From Sediminibacterium sp. (GTDB lineage Bacteria; Bacteroidota; Bacteroidia; Chitinophagales; Chitinophagaceae): a DNA stretch of 64,000 nucleotides. This document shows positions 1-8,389 of this stretch, piece by piece (positions within the stretch are counted from its first letter, which is position 1; every line of letters begins with the position of its first letter). The notes below the pieces were generated by a model, which had not been told where the DNA came from, searched no databases, and saw only the letters and a list, made by a program, of their open reading frames with translations. Location of the stretch: the NCBI GenBank assembly GCA_049314475.1, contig JBMOFB010000001.1, forward strand, positions 3,047 through 67,046. The letters run 5' to 3'. The translations under genes were made by a program, and so were the position numbers.

Positions 1-195
1 ATCTACAAACTCTTGCACATTTGGATTAGAGAAACGACTGTAAATATTATCATCCGATTCATCTGCAAACGCAGCGCGCATACTCTCTGCTTCGTCAAAA
101 CAAAAACTACTTGTTAAAAATAGTGGACTTGAATGTTCACCTTCTTCAGTTCTTTTGATTTGTGTTCGAATTAATTTAGACTGATCGTGTTTCAT
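1..195 (-). CDS. metZ: O-succinyl/acetyl-homoserine sulfhydrylase (PLP trans-sulfuration family), N-terminal 65 aa, truncated by window edge
   Basis: Not in ORF track; manual translation MKHDQSKLIRTQIKRTEEGEHSSPLFLTSSFCFDEAESMRAAFADESDDNIYSRFSNPNVQEFVD with EHS..LFLTSSF and YSRFSNP motifs; next to metX. Confidence 0.85.
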   Translation of the reverse strand, partial: MKHDQSKLIRTQIKRTEEGEHSSPLFLTSSFCFDEAESMRAAFADESDDNIYSRFSNPNVQEFVD

Positions 196-212
196 GCATA
201 CGAAATAAAAAA

Positions 213-632
213 TTATAAAATAACAACCTCCCAAGTAATCACCGCACCAGCAGCTCTTAATGTTGCAGCTACTGAACAATATTTATCAATAGATAAAGCA
301 CATGCTTTTTCTGCTTTTTCTTTAGACATAGAACCTTTTAATTTAAATACAATGTGTATTGTTTCCCATAATGCTGGTTCCTTATGTTCTGCACGCTCCC
401 CACTAATCACCATTTCGTAATGCTCAATAGTTTCCTTTTGTTTATTTAAAATCATCACAACATCTACGCCGCTACATCCACCTAATGCACTTAATAAAGC
501 TTGCATTGGTCTTACTCCATTGCCATGACCGCCTTGGTCTGCTGGAATATCCATTGTCATTACCTGACCTGTTTCGTCCAAGGTTTGAAATTGATAATCC
601 GAATCCGTTCTCTTAAGTGTGATCGTTGCCAT
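213..632 (-). CDS. OsmC/Ohr family protein
   Basis: GVRPMQ.LL.ALGGC..D and KYCSV two-cysteine motifs. Confidence 0.9.
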   Translation of the reverse strand: MATITLKRTDSDYQFQTLDETGQVMTMDIPADQGGHGNGVRPMQALLSALGGCSGVDVVMILNKQKETIEHYEMVISGERAEHKEPALWETIHIVFKLKGSMSKEKAEKACALSIDKYCSVAATLRAAGAVITWEVVIL

Positions 633-671
633 TTGATTGATTTGTGTTCAGTATTGGAATTATAAATATTG

Positions 672-687
672 TACCTTTGCAAAGGTA
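672..687. promoter_or_regulatory. Perfect 16-bp palindrome TACCTTTGCAAAGGTA = back-to-back Bacteroidota -7 boxes for metX (+) and osmC-metZ (-)
   Basis: Each half matches TAnnTTTG; lies between divergent genes. Confidence 0.65.
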
Positions 688-726
688 ATTCAAATAGCTA
701 CTTAGTTAGCACAAGAAAGCGATAAA

Positions 727-1755
727 ATGGACCCAGTTATCTATACATACCATCAACCTTTTACCCTTGAATCCGGTATCAGTTTGCCAAAGCTCAAAAT
801 AGCCTACCATTATTACGGGGAATATACACCAGGTAAAAAAGTAGCCTGGGTATGTCATGCGCTTACGGCGAATTCCGATGTGGCTGATTGGTGGAAGGGA
901 TTGGTAGGCGAAGGATCCATGATTAATCCAAACGATTACTTCATAGTTTGTGCGAATATCATTGGTTCATGTTATGGATCTACAGGGCCATTGAGTGTGG
1001 CTGATTTGGACACTAGTTTTGATGAATTTCCATTAATCACCATTCGGGATATGGTGCGTGCACATATTTTATTGAGACAACATTTAGGAATTGAAAAAAT
1101 TGATCTTTTATTAGGAGGAAGCATGGGTGGATATCAAGCGCTAGAGTGGGCTATCATGGAACCTTCTGTGATTCAAAAAATGTTTTTGATTGCCACAACC
1201 GCTGCTGAAAGTGCTTGGGCGGTTGCAATACATACGGCCCAAAGATTATCTATAGAAGCAGATAATACATGGAAGGAAGCCAAGCCAAATGCAGGTGCAA
1301 AAGGATTGAAAGCGGCAAGGGCAATAGGGATGTTGACTTATCGTAACTATGACATCTTCAAAGAAAAACAAACCGAACCAGATGCGGAAAAAGTAGATGA
1401 GTTAAAAGCCTCTTCTTATATCAATTATCAGGGAGATAAATTAGTAAATCGATTTAACGCTTACAGTTATTGGTTACTCACAAAGTCCATGGATAGTCAT
1501 CACCTTGCGCGAGGTCGTGGGGGCGACTTAGCGGTTACTTTGGCATCTATACAAACACCAACTTTAATCATTGGAATCAATAGTGATATTTTATGTCCAT
1601 TGGCAGAGCAAGCATTCATGGAGGCCCATATGCCCAACGCAACCTTAGTGGCAATTGATTCAATGTATGGGCATGATGGATTCATTATTGAAACTGAACA
1701 AATTATAACTCATTTAAAAGCTTGGCTTACCAAAGTAGCTATGACTATTAAATAA
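727..1755 (+). CDS. metX: Homoserine O-acetyl/succinyltransferase (MetX family)
   Basis: CHALT, GSCYGSTGP, GGSMGG nucleophile elbow, GHDGF. Confidence 0.95.
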   Translation: MDPVIYTYHQPFTLESGISLPKLKIAYHYYGEYTPGKKVAWVCHALTANSDVADWWKGLVGEGSMINPNDYFIVCANIIGSCYGSTGPLSVADLDTSFDEFPLITIRDMVRAHILLRQHLGIEKIDLLLGGSMGGYQALEWAIMEPSVIQKMFLIATTAAESAWAVAIHTAQRLSIEADNTWKEAKPNAGAKGLKAARAIGMLTYRNYDIFKEKQTEPDAEKVDELKASSYINYQGDKLVNRFNAYSYWLLTKSMDSHHLARGRGGDLAVTLASIQTPTLIIGINSDILCPLAEQAFMEAHMPNATLVAIDSMYGHDGFIIETEQIITHLKAWLTKVAMTIK

Positions 1756-1987
1756 AAAATTGAATTAATAGGAGTAACATGGTTATACCTGTCATTATAT
1801 AAATTAATTTCCTATTTTTTTCTAATTTAAATACTACAATAGCCATACTTATGAACGCCATTATAGACAATATAATACCTGTTTTTATATTGAACCAAGG
1901 CAAGGATTGATATAAAAAACTTTGAGAAAAAATAGAAAATAGTATAAGTAAAAGGATTGATGCTTTATTTTTTGTTATCATATTCAT
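1748..1987 (-). CDS. Small integral membrane protein (about 3 TM segments), candidate immunity protein
   Basis: 79 aa, three hydrophobic stretches; ATG overlaps the stop of the upstream lipoprotein (TAATG). Confidence 0.65.
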   Translation of the reverse strand: MNMITKNKASILLLILFSIFSQSFLYQSLPWFNIKTGIILSIMAFISMAIVVFKLEKNRKLIYIMTGITMLLLLIQFFI

Positions 1988-2634
1988 TAATCATTACAGT
2001 CTTCAAAATCTAATTGACAACCTACTCTCATTGCTTGTAAATGTTCTATAGCAAGACCACCACATGCTAATTGAAAAAATACTCCACCAACTCCTCCAGT
2101 CAAAGCGCCTATTCCAATTGCAGTAGCTGTGCAGCCTAAGATTTCAGATGTGTACACAATATTACTTAATCTGTAGCAATTATTATATTTTTGTGCACAT
2201 CTATTTCCTAGTAATAGCGATTGTTTATTTGAAGTAGTAGTATTTTTATAATTTATTTCGTTAAGTAAATTCTGAATTTCATTTTGAGAGTAATTCTCTA
2301 GAAAAGAGTATTTCTTTCTAATAGCATTAGCTAATATTGATTGATTTTTAAAAAATAGATTATACTCAGCAAGTGATTTAAATCCTAATTGGTTGATTAG
2401 TTGTACTTGCTCAATATTATTTAATTTAGGCTTTTTTAAAAGTTGAATACTTGCGTTGGAAGGGCTTTCCATATTATTTATAAAATTGGCATTATAGCTA
2501 ATGAGTTCTTGTACCATTTTATCAGTTTTAAATTCTTGAATACTAGTCACTAGTTTTATTTCTGAATTTTCTTGTTTTTGACATGACATTAGTACTAGAG
2601 ATAACGCTAAAATTTGGAATAATTGATTTTTCAT
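1987..2634 (-). CDS. Lipoprotein with C-terminal 6-Cys, Gly-rich bacteriocin-like domain
   Basis: Start moved to ATG 2634; signal MKNQLFQILALSLVLMS-C; C-terminus C-x6-C-x14-C-x22-C-x14-C-x6-C. Confidence 0.8.
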   Translation of the reverse strand: MKNQLFQILALSLVLMSCQKQENSEIKLVTSIQEFKTDKMVQELISYNANFINNMESPSNASIQLLKKPKLNNIEQVQLINQLGFKSLAEYNLFFKNQSILANAIRKKYSFLENYSQNEIQNLLNEINYKNTTTSNKQSLLLGNRCAQKYNNCYRLSNIVYTSEILGCTATAIGIGALTGGVGGVFFQLACGGLAIEHLQAMRVGCQLDFEDCND

Positions 2635-2793
2635 TTTATTTAATTTTGATTTACATAAAAATATAATCAAACAAAATACAGATTTCGAGTATTTATACTT
2701 GAAATGTATTCAATAAAATAGCCTAAAAAGGGTATAAAATATTACCTCATAGTATTAGCAAAATAGCTAATTTTACAACAAATAAATTTGACT

Positions 2794-2970
2794 ATGGGAA
2801 TTTTAAGACAATTTGGAGAGTACTTATTCATTAAAAAAAGAGATCCAAATCAACCTAGAACACAATGGATGAAATACATGCATGGCATGAATCGTATTTC
2901 ATTATTGGTATTTATTTTTGCAATTCTTTTTACTTTATTCAGGGTATTTATCCTACCACTTTTTAAATAA
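2794..2970 (+). CDS. Conserved small Bacteroidota membrane protein (resembles DUF6728)
   Basis: YLF.KKRDPN...MKYMHGMNRIS followed by a TM helix; ATG at 2794. Confidence 0.7.
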   Translation: MGILRQFGEYLFIKKRDPNQPRTQWMKYMHGMNRISLLVFIFAILFTLFRVFILPLFK

Positions 2971-2998
2971 AGTGACTCGCAATAAAGCCAAACAATAT

Positions 2999-4114
2999 TT
3001 ATTTTTTATTCAGTGTTTCTTGAATAATGTTTGCTGCAACCTCTGTGGCCTTGTGTCCAGTAGTCAATGCTTGTTTTAGCGCTGTATAATCTGCTTTGAT
3101 TGCAGACTGTCTCGTAGGGTCTTCTAATAATTTTTTTAATTCGATGGATAAATTACTAGTAGTTAAATCTTCTTGAATTAATTCCTTCACCACTTCCTTG
3201 TCCATAATTAAATTCACCAATGCGATAAATTTAATTTTGATAAATCGTTTTGCTAAAGCTAAAGTAATCGGGTTGCCTTTGTAACAAACAATTTCTGGTA
3301 CATTTAACAATGCAGTTTCTAATGTTGCGGTACCACTTGTAACTAATGCAGCTTTACTATGTTGCAAAATGGCGTAGGTATTCGCAGCCACTACATGAAC
3401 ATTTGGCAAATCTGGTAGTAGTGTATTGAACCAAGTACTATCTATACCAGGTGCTTGTGCGACAACAAAATGTTCATTAGGAAATTGCTTCGCAACAGTA
3501 AGCATGATGGGTAATTTTTGTTGAATCTCTTGCTGACGACTACCAGGTAATAACGCAATCAATGCTTGTCCTTGTAATTGAGCAATGGGATGTGCTAATG
3601 GTTCAAGTGCATCCAACACTTCCATTAATGGATGTCCAATATAATCGACCTCCCAGTCCCATCTATCTTTAAAGTATTGTTTTTCAAAAGGGAGGATGCA
3701 CAATAAACGATCAATCGATAAGCGCATGGCAGGAACCCTGTTTTCTTTCCATGCCCAAACTTGTGGTGCAATAAAATACACCACTTTTAATCCTTTTTCT
3801 TTCGCCCATTTTGCTATACGCAAATTAAAGCCAGGATAGTCAATACAAATTAAAACGTCTGGTTCAAATTCGGCGATATCTTTTTTGCAAAATGCGATAT
3901 TGGATAAGATGGTCCTTAAATTCATTAGTACTTCCACAAAGCCCATGAAAGCTAGACTGCGATAATGTTTCACAAGATGTCCTCCGGCCGCTTGCATCAA
4001 ATCTCCTCCCCAACATTGTATACTTGCAGCAGGGTCATTTTTTAAAATGGCTTTGATTAAATTGGATCCGTGTAAGTCGCCGCTAGCTTCGCCAGCTATG
4101 ATATAATATTTCAT
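2999..4114 (-). CDS. lpxB: Lipid-A-disaccharide synthase
   Basis: AGEASGDLHG, IDYPGFN, LLPGSR, SGTATLE motifs. Confidence 0.97.
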   Translation of the reverse strand: MKYYIIAGEASGDLHGSNLIKAILKNDPAASIQCWGGDLMQAAGGHLVKHYRSLAFMGFVEVLMNLRTILSNIAFCKKDIAEFEPDVLICIDYPGFNLRIAKWAKEKGLKVVYFIAPQVWAWKENRVPAMRLSIDRLLCILPFEKQYFKDRWDWEVDYIGHPLMEVLDALEPLAHPIAQLQGQALIALLPGSRQQEIQQKLPIMLTVAKQFPNEHFVVAQAPGIDSTWFNTLLPDLPNVHVVAANTYAILQHSKAALVTSGTATLETALLNVPEIVCYKGNPITLALAKRFIKIKFIALVNLIMDKEVVKELIQEDLTTSNLSIELKKLLEDPTRQSAIKADYTALKQALTTGHKATEVAANIIQETLNKK

Positions 4115-4411
4115 CTATAAAAACCATTTAGCTGCAATGGCTGCTATTGCATAAATACAGGTGGTAAAAAAGATGCCTTTTGCAGTTTTGTCAATCTGTT
4201 TTTGAAAAAAGAATGTCAACGCAGCTGCGTTTAATAAAAGCGACACGCTGATCATGGCAGAGAGAATCGATTTTTGACTAGACAATAAATCAATAAAGGT
4301 TTGCAATGGCACCATACTAAACTTCCACTGATAGAATCCAGCAAAACCTAAGAAGGGTAGTGCTAATCCTATAAGTACGCCAATGATATAATTGTCTTTC
4401 TCTAATTGCAT
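4115..4411 (-). CDS. Hypothetical membrane protein in the surE-lpxB operon
   Basis: 98 aa, three hydrophobic segments, tightly packed between surE and lpxB. Confidence 0.75.
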   Translation of the reverse strand: MQLEKDNYIIGVLIGLALPFLGFAGFYQWKFSMVPLQTFIDLLSSQKSILSAMISVSLLLNAAALTFFFQKQIDKTAKGIFFTTCIYAIAAIAAKWFL

Positions 4412-4415
4412 TGAA

Positions 4416-5207
4416 TTACCATTTCCATTTTTTAATTAATTGCGCTTTCAATACATGGTTGGTCAAATCAAATTGAACAGGTACCACACTTACATAATTA
4501 TTTTTAAGTGCCCACACATCCGTATCTTTTGACTTATCAAAATTTACAAATTCACCTGTAAGCCAATAATATTTTTTACCATGAGGATCTATGCGTTCAA
4601 CAAACTTCTCGTCATATTTAGCATAAGCCTGTTTACAAATTTTAATGCCTTTAATCAGCTTTGTTGTCACTTTAGGAATATTCACATTCAAACATAAGTG
4701 TTTATCTAATTTTTTATCTGCCAACACATGTTCTACTATAATGCGCGCATAATGGCTCGCAGCTGAAAAATCGGCATCAATGCCAAGGTCTAATAAACTA
4801 AATCCAATACTAGGAATACTTTCGATAGAGGCTTCTAAAGCTGCAGACATCGTTCCAGAATAAATCACATTAATGGAGTGGTTGGCTCCGTGATTGATAC
4901 CACTTAAACAAATGGTTGGCTTACGATGTAACACTTTGTCTACTGCTAATTTTACACAATCAACAGGGGTACCACTGCAAGAATAAGCTTCTACTTCGGG
5001 ATCCTCCTCCCAATGTACTTTAGTCAATCTTAAATGTTGGCCTAATGTAATGGCATGTCCCATGCCACTTTGAGGTTTATCAGGCGCCACCACCACAATT
5101 TTACCTAGTCCTTTGACTGCTTTAACAAGTGCATGGATGCCTGGTGCACCAATACTGTCGTCGTTCGTAATTAATATAACGGGTTGATCTTTTTTTACTT
5201 TTGCCAT
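4416..5207 (-). CDS. surE: 5'/3'-nucleotidase SurE
   Basis: ILITNDD, GTPVDCV, SGINHG.N, YSGT motifs; start moved to ATG 5207. Confidence 0.95.
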   Translation of the reverse strand: MAKVKKDQPVILITNDDSIGAPGIHALVKAVKGLGKIVVVAPDKPQSGMGHAITLGQHLRLTKVHWEEDPEVEAYSCSGTPVDCVKLAVDKVLHRKPTICLSGINHGANHSINVIYSGTMSAALEASIESIPSIGFSLLDLGIDADFSAASHYARIIVEHVLADKKLDKHLCLNVNIPKVTTKLIKGIKICKQAYAKYDEKFVERIDPHGKKYYWLTGEFVNFDKSKDTDVWALKNNYVSVVPVQFDLTNHVLKAQLIKKWKW

Positions 5208-5252
5208 ACTGCAAGTTACCAAGAAGGGGAATGGTCTCAAAAAAATAAATTG

Positions 5253-5306
5253 CTAAATAAATTTGGAAAAACTAAAATAATTAGTAAATTGCACTAAAAT
5301 TATTAG
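5253..5306. promoter_or_regulatory. Operator array: CTAA-N5-TTAG at 5272-5284 and 5294-5306, one-mismatch copy at 5253-5265 (Bacteroidota-type SOS boxes)
   Basis: Repeated palindromes directly upstream of the HTH-S24 repressor, flanking its -7-like box. Confidence 0.8.
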
Positions 5307-5308
5307 TT

Positions 5309-6112
5309 ATGTCATACGCAGGAAAGAATTTAAAATTCATCAGAAAGCAACGTGATTGGACTCAGGAAGAGTTAGCCAACCAACTTCAAATTAAGCGTTC
5401 TCTAGTGGGTGCCTACGAGGAAGGCAGGGCCGAACCTAGGTTAGAAGTGCAGGAAGCCATTTGTGCTTTATTTAATATTAGTTTAGAGGTCTTCTTATTT
5501 CAAGATCTTTCCCAGATGGAGGAATTTGACTTGAACCAGGGCTATAATATGGGAGGCTCTTATTTAGAGCGTCGTCGCTCACTTAAAACGGATGTTTCAA
5601 ATAGTGCAGCCATTGTATCATTTGTACCAGTGAAAGCTGCAGCAGGCTATTTGGCTGGATATGCTGACCCAGAATTCATTGATGAGTTGAATACCTTTAC
5701 ATTACCAATGTTGGCGCCAGGTGAATACCGCGCATTTGAGATTGTGGGAGATAGTATGTTGCCAACCCCAAGTGGTAGTGTGATAGTGGGAGAGCGAGTA
5801 GTAAGTCTAAAAGATGTGAAAAGCAGCAATACCTATATTGTTATTTCAAATACAGATGGGGTAGTCTATAAGCGTATCATTACCAACGATGATCGTTCAG
5901 TAGATTCAATTGGTGACAAGCTTACCTTGTTGAGTGACAATCCGTTATACGAGCCATATCAAGTAAATACTAAAGATATAGTAGAAGTTTGGAAGGCAGT
6001 GTACATCATACACAAAGCGGGTACACAACCTATGTGGAATGTGGATCAACTGGCTGGTGTGGTCAATACATTGCAGGATCAAATCACCTCTATTCAAAAG
6101 AAGTTGAACTAA
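5309..6112 (+). CDS. XRE-HTH + S24 peptidase repressor; probable non-canonical LexA
   Basis: N-terminal HTH_3; AAAG cleavage site, GDSM catalytic Ser, VYKR catalytic Lys; upstream palindromic boxes. Confidence 0.88.
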   Translation: MSYAGKNLKFIRKQRDWTQEELANQLQIKRSLVGAYEEGRAEPRLEVQEAICALFNISLEVFLFQDLSQMEEFDLNQGYNMGGSYLERRRSLKTDVSNSAAIVSFVPVKAAAGYLAGYADPEFIDELNTFTLPMLAPGEYRAFEIVGDSMLPTPSGSVIVGERVVSLKDVKSSNTYIVISNTDGVVYKRIITNDDRSVDSIGDKLTLLSDNPLYEPYQVNTKDIVEVWKAVYIIHKAGTQPMWNVDQLAGVVNTLQDQITSIQKKLN

Positions 6113-6159
6113 GGAAGGACTAAGTAAGGGCTTACTAAAGGCTTATGGTTTATACTTAA

Positions 6160-7695
6160 TTATTCCCACTCAATTGTTGCAGGAGGCTTGCTACTTATAT
6201 CATACACAACCCTGTTGATACCTCTCACTTGGTTGATGATAGAATTGCTCATATGTGCTAAGAATTCATAAGGCAGGTGAGCCCAGTCTGCAGTCATGCC
6301 ATCCACAGAAGTCACAGCTCTAAGTGCCACTGTAAACTCATAGGTTCTTTCATCGCCCATTACGCCAACACTTTTAACAGGTAAAAGGATGGTTCCGGCT
6401 TGCCAAACCTTGTCATATAATCCAAATTCTTTTAGTCCATTGATATAAATCGCATCAGCTCTTTGTAAAAGGTCTACTTTTTCAGGGGTAATTTCACCCA
6501 AGATACGAATGGCTAAGCCAGGTCCTGGGAAAGGATGTCTTTGAATCATATCGGCAGGGATCCCTAATTCAAGGCCTACTTTTCGAACCTCATCCTTGAA
6601 TAAACTACGAAGCGGCTCTACTAATTTAAGGTGTAAGGTATCTGGTAAGCCACCTACATTATGGTGTGACTTAATGGTTTGAGAAGGTCCATGAACGCTT
6701 ACACTTTCAATAACGTCTGGATAAATTGTTCCTTGACCTAAAAACTTGGCTTCCAACATATTAGAAGCTTCTACTTGAAATACATCTATAAATAGTTTTC
6801 CTATGATTTTACGCTTTTCTTCGGGATCAGATTTACCTGCAAGGCCATCATAGAACATGTTTTTAGCATCAATGCCCTTTACATTCAATCCAATTTTTTC
6901 GTACATATCTAGCACCTGTTGGAACTCATCTTTTCTTAAAACCCCATTGTCTACAAAAATTCCATGAAGGCGATTTCCAATGGCCTTGTGAATTAAAGTT
7001 GCAGCAACGGTACTGTCCACGCCTCCACTCAATGCCATAATCACGTGACCATCTCCAATTTGTTCTTTTAATTGCGCTACCGTCTCATTGACAAAGGAAG
7101 CTGGCGTCCAATTTTGGCTACAACCACATATCTCCACCAAGAAATTGCGAATCATGGTCTTACCCTCAGATGAATGGTAGACTTCTGGGTGGAATTGGAA
7201 CCCGTGAAGGCTATGTCCTTGATCGGCTATTTTTCTAAAACCAGCTACAGGGATACTCTCTGTATCGGCCAATAGTTCAAAATTTTCGGGTAATACTGTA
7301 ATAGAATCACTATGACTCATCCATACCTGACTATTGTCTTCAATATTTTTGAAAATGATATCATCTTTTTTGATACGCAATTGGGCACGACCATATTCGC
7401 GTTTATTTGACTTTTCTACTTTTCCTCCAAAATTCTTAGCACTCAATTGAGCGCCATAACAGATGGTTAAAAGAGGTAGTTTGGCTAAAATTGCTTGAAT
7501 ATCCACATTTGGAGCCTCATCTTCGTTTACACTGGCCGGAGAGCCACTCAAAATCACCCCTTTCAGGTGTTCATCAAAGACAATTGCATTATGAAAGGGT
7601 TGAATTTCACAATACACATTGGCTTCTCTAACTGCTCTTGCAATTAACTGTGTATACTGGCTACCAAAATCTAGGATTAATATTTTTTCAGTCAT
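6160..7695 (-). CDS. guaA: GMP synthase (glutamine-hydrolysing)
   Basis: [36 protein letters not shown]; start moved to ATG 7695. Confidence 0.98.
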   Translation of the reverse strand: MTEKILILDFGSQYTQLIARAVREANVYCEIQPFHNAIVFDEHLKGVILSGSPASVNEDEAPNVDIQAILAKLPLLTICYGAQLSAKNFGGKVEKSNKREYGRAQLRIKKDDIIFKNIEDNSQVWMSHSDSITVLPENFELLADTESIPVAGFRKIADQGHSLHGFQFHPEVYHSSEGKTMIRNFLVEICGCSQNWTPASFVNETVAQLKEQIGDGHVIMALSGGVDSTVAATLIHKAIGNRLHGIFVDNGVLRKDEFQQVLDMYEKIGLNVKGIDAKNMFYDGLAGKSDPEEKRKIIGKLFIDVFQVEASNMLEAKFLGQGTIYPDVIESVSVHGPSQTIKSHHNVGGLPDTLHLKLVEPLRSLFKDEVRKVGLELGIPADMIQRHPFPGPGLAIRILGEITPEKVDLLQRADAIYINGLKEFGLYDKVWQAGTILLPVKSVGVMGDERTYEFTVALRAVTSVDGMTADWAHLPYEFLAHMSNSIINQVRGINRVVYDISSKPPATIEWE

Positions 7696-7757
7696 AAGGC
7701 GAAGATACAATGAAAATAGATGTCTATGAAAGGGAGTATTTCACATAGGGTGGGGAC

Positions 7758-7787
7758 AAAAAAATCCCGCCTTTTCAGGCAGGATTT
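7758..7787 (-). terminator. Intrinsic terminator after rpsT
   Basis: AAATCCTGCCT-GAAA-AGGCGGGATTT followed by T-tract on minus strand. Confidence 0.8.
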
Positions 7788-7821
7788 CAATATCAATTTT
7801 ACGCTTTTAAGGCGTGATCAA

Positions 7822-8091
7822 TTACTTTTTCTTAACCACTTGCTTTACAGCAACGTGCTTAGCTAACTTGCTCTTTAAATTAGCAGCTTTATTTTTGTGG
7901 ATAATGCCACGCTTTGCTAATTTATCAATTTGAGAAACGATAGTTGGTAACTTCTCGTCGTAAGCTTTTTGTTCTTCTAATGTCTTTAAATCACGAATAG
8001 CGTTACGTGTAGTTTTACCATAATAACGGTTTCTATCGCGACGCTTCGTTGCTTGTCTTACATCTTTTTTTGTAGCCGAATGATTTGCCAT
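7822..8091 (-). CDS. rpsT: 30S ribosomal protein S20
   Basis: MANHSA.KK..RQ, IIHKNKAAN.KSKL. Confidence 0.97.
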   Translation of the reverse strand: MANHSATKKDVRQATKRRDRNRYYGKTTRNAIRDLKTLEEQKAYDEKLPTIVSQIDKLAKRGIIHKNKAANLKSKLAKHVAVKQVVKKK

Positions 8092-8389
8092 GTACTAATT
8101 AATTTTCAGGAGGGCAAAGGTAAGGGACTTGTGCAAATATTAAAAATTAAAATGAAAAAAAATAAAAAATTGAATATAAAGTATTGTAAATCAATTAGTT
8201 AAAATGAATCTAAAATTAACTTTTTAAACTATTTGGGCATAAATTAAAGAATATCTTTACAATCGCTAAAAATAGGCCCGTTGTTGACCAAAATTTTACC
8301 TCAATTTTTAGCGTATTTTAGTTTATTAATCAATCATTTAAACCGATATTTGCGAACCTTGTATCGACAAATAAAAGAAAGGATATACA

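Noticed and set aside
5309-6112. CI-like repressor as a prophage marker
   Set aside because: Flanked by surE and guaA with no phage genes; better explained as the host SOS repressor.
8189-8340. Two IHF-consensus matches (AATCAA-N4-TTA at 8189-8201 and 8328-8340) between rpsT and sucA
   Set aside because: Such matches arise easily in very AT-rich DNA; no independent support.
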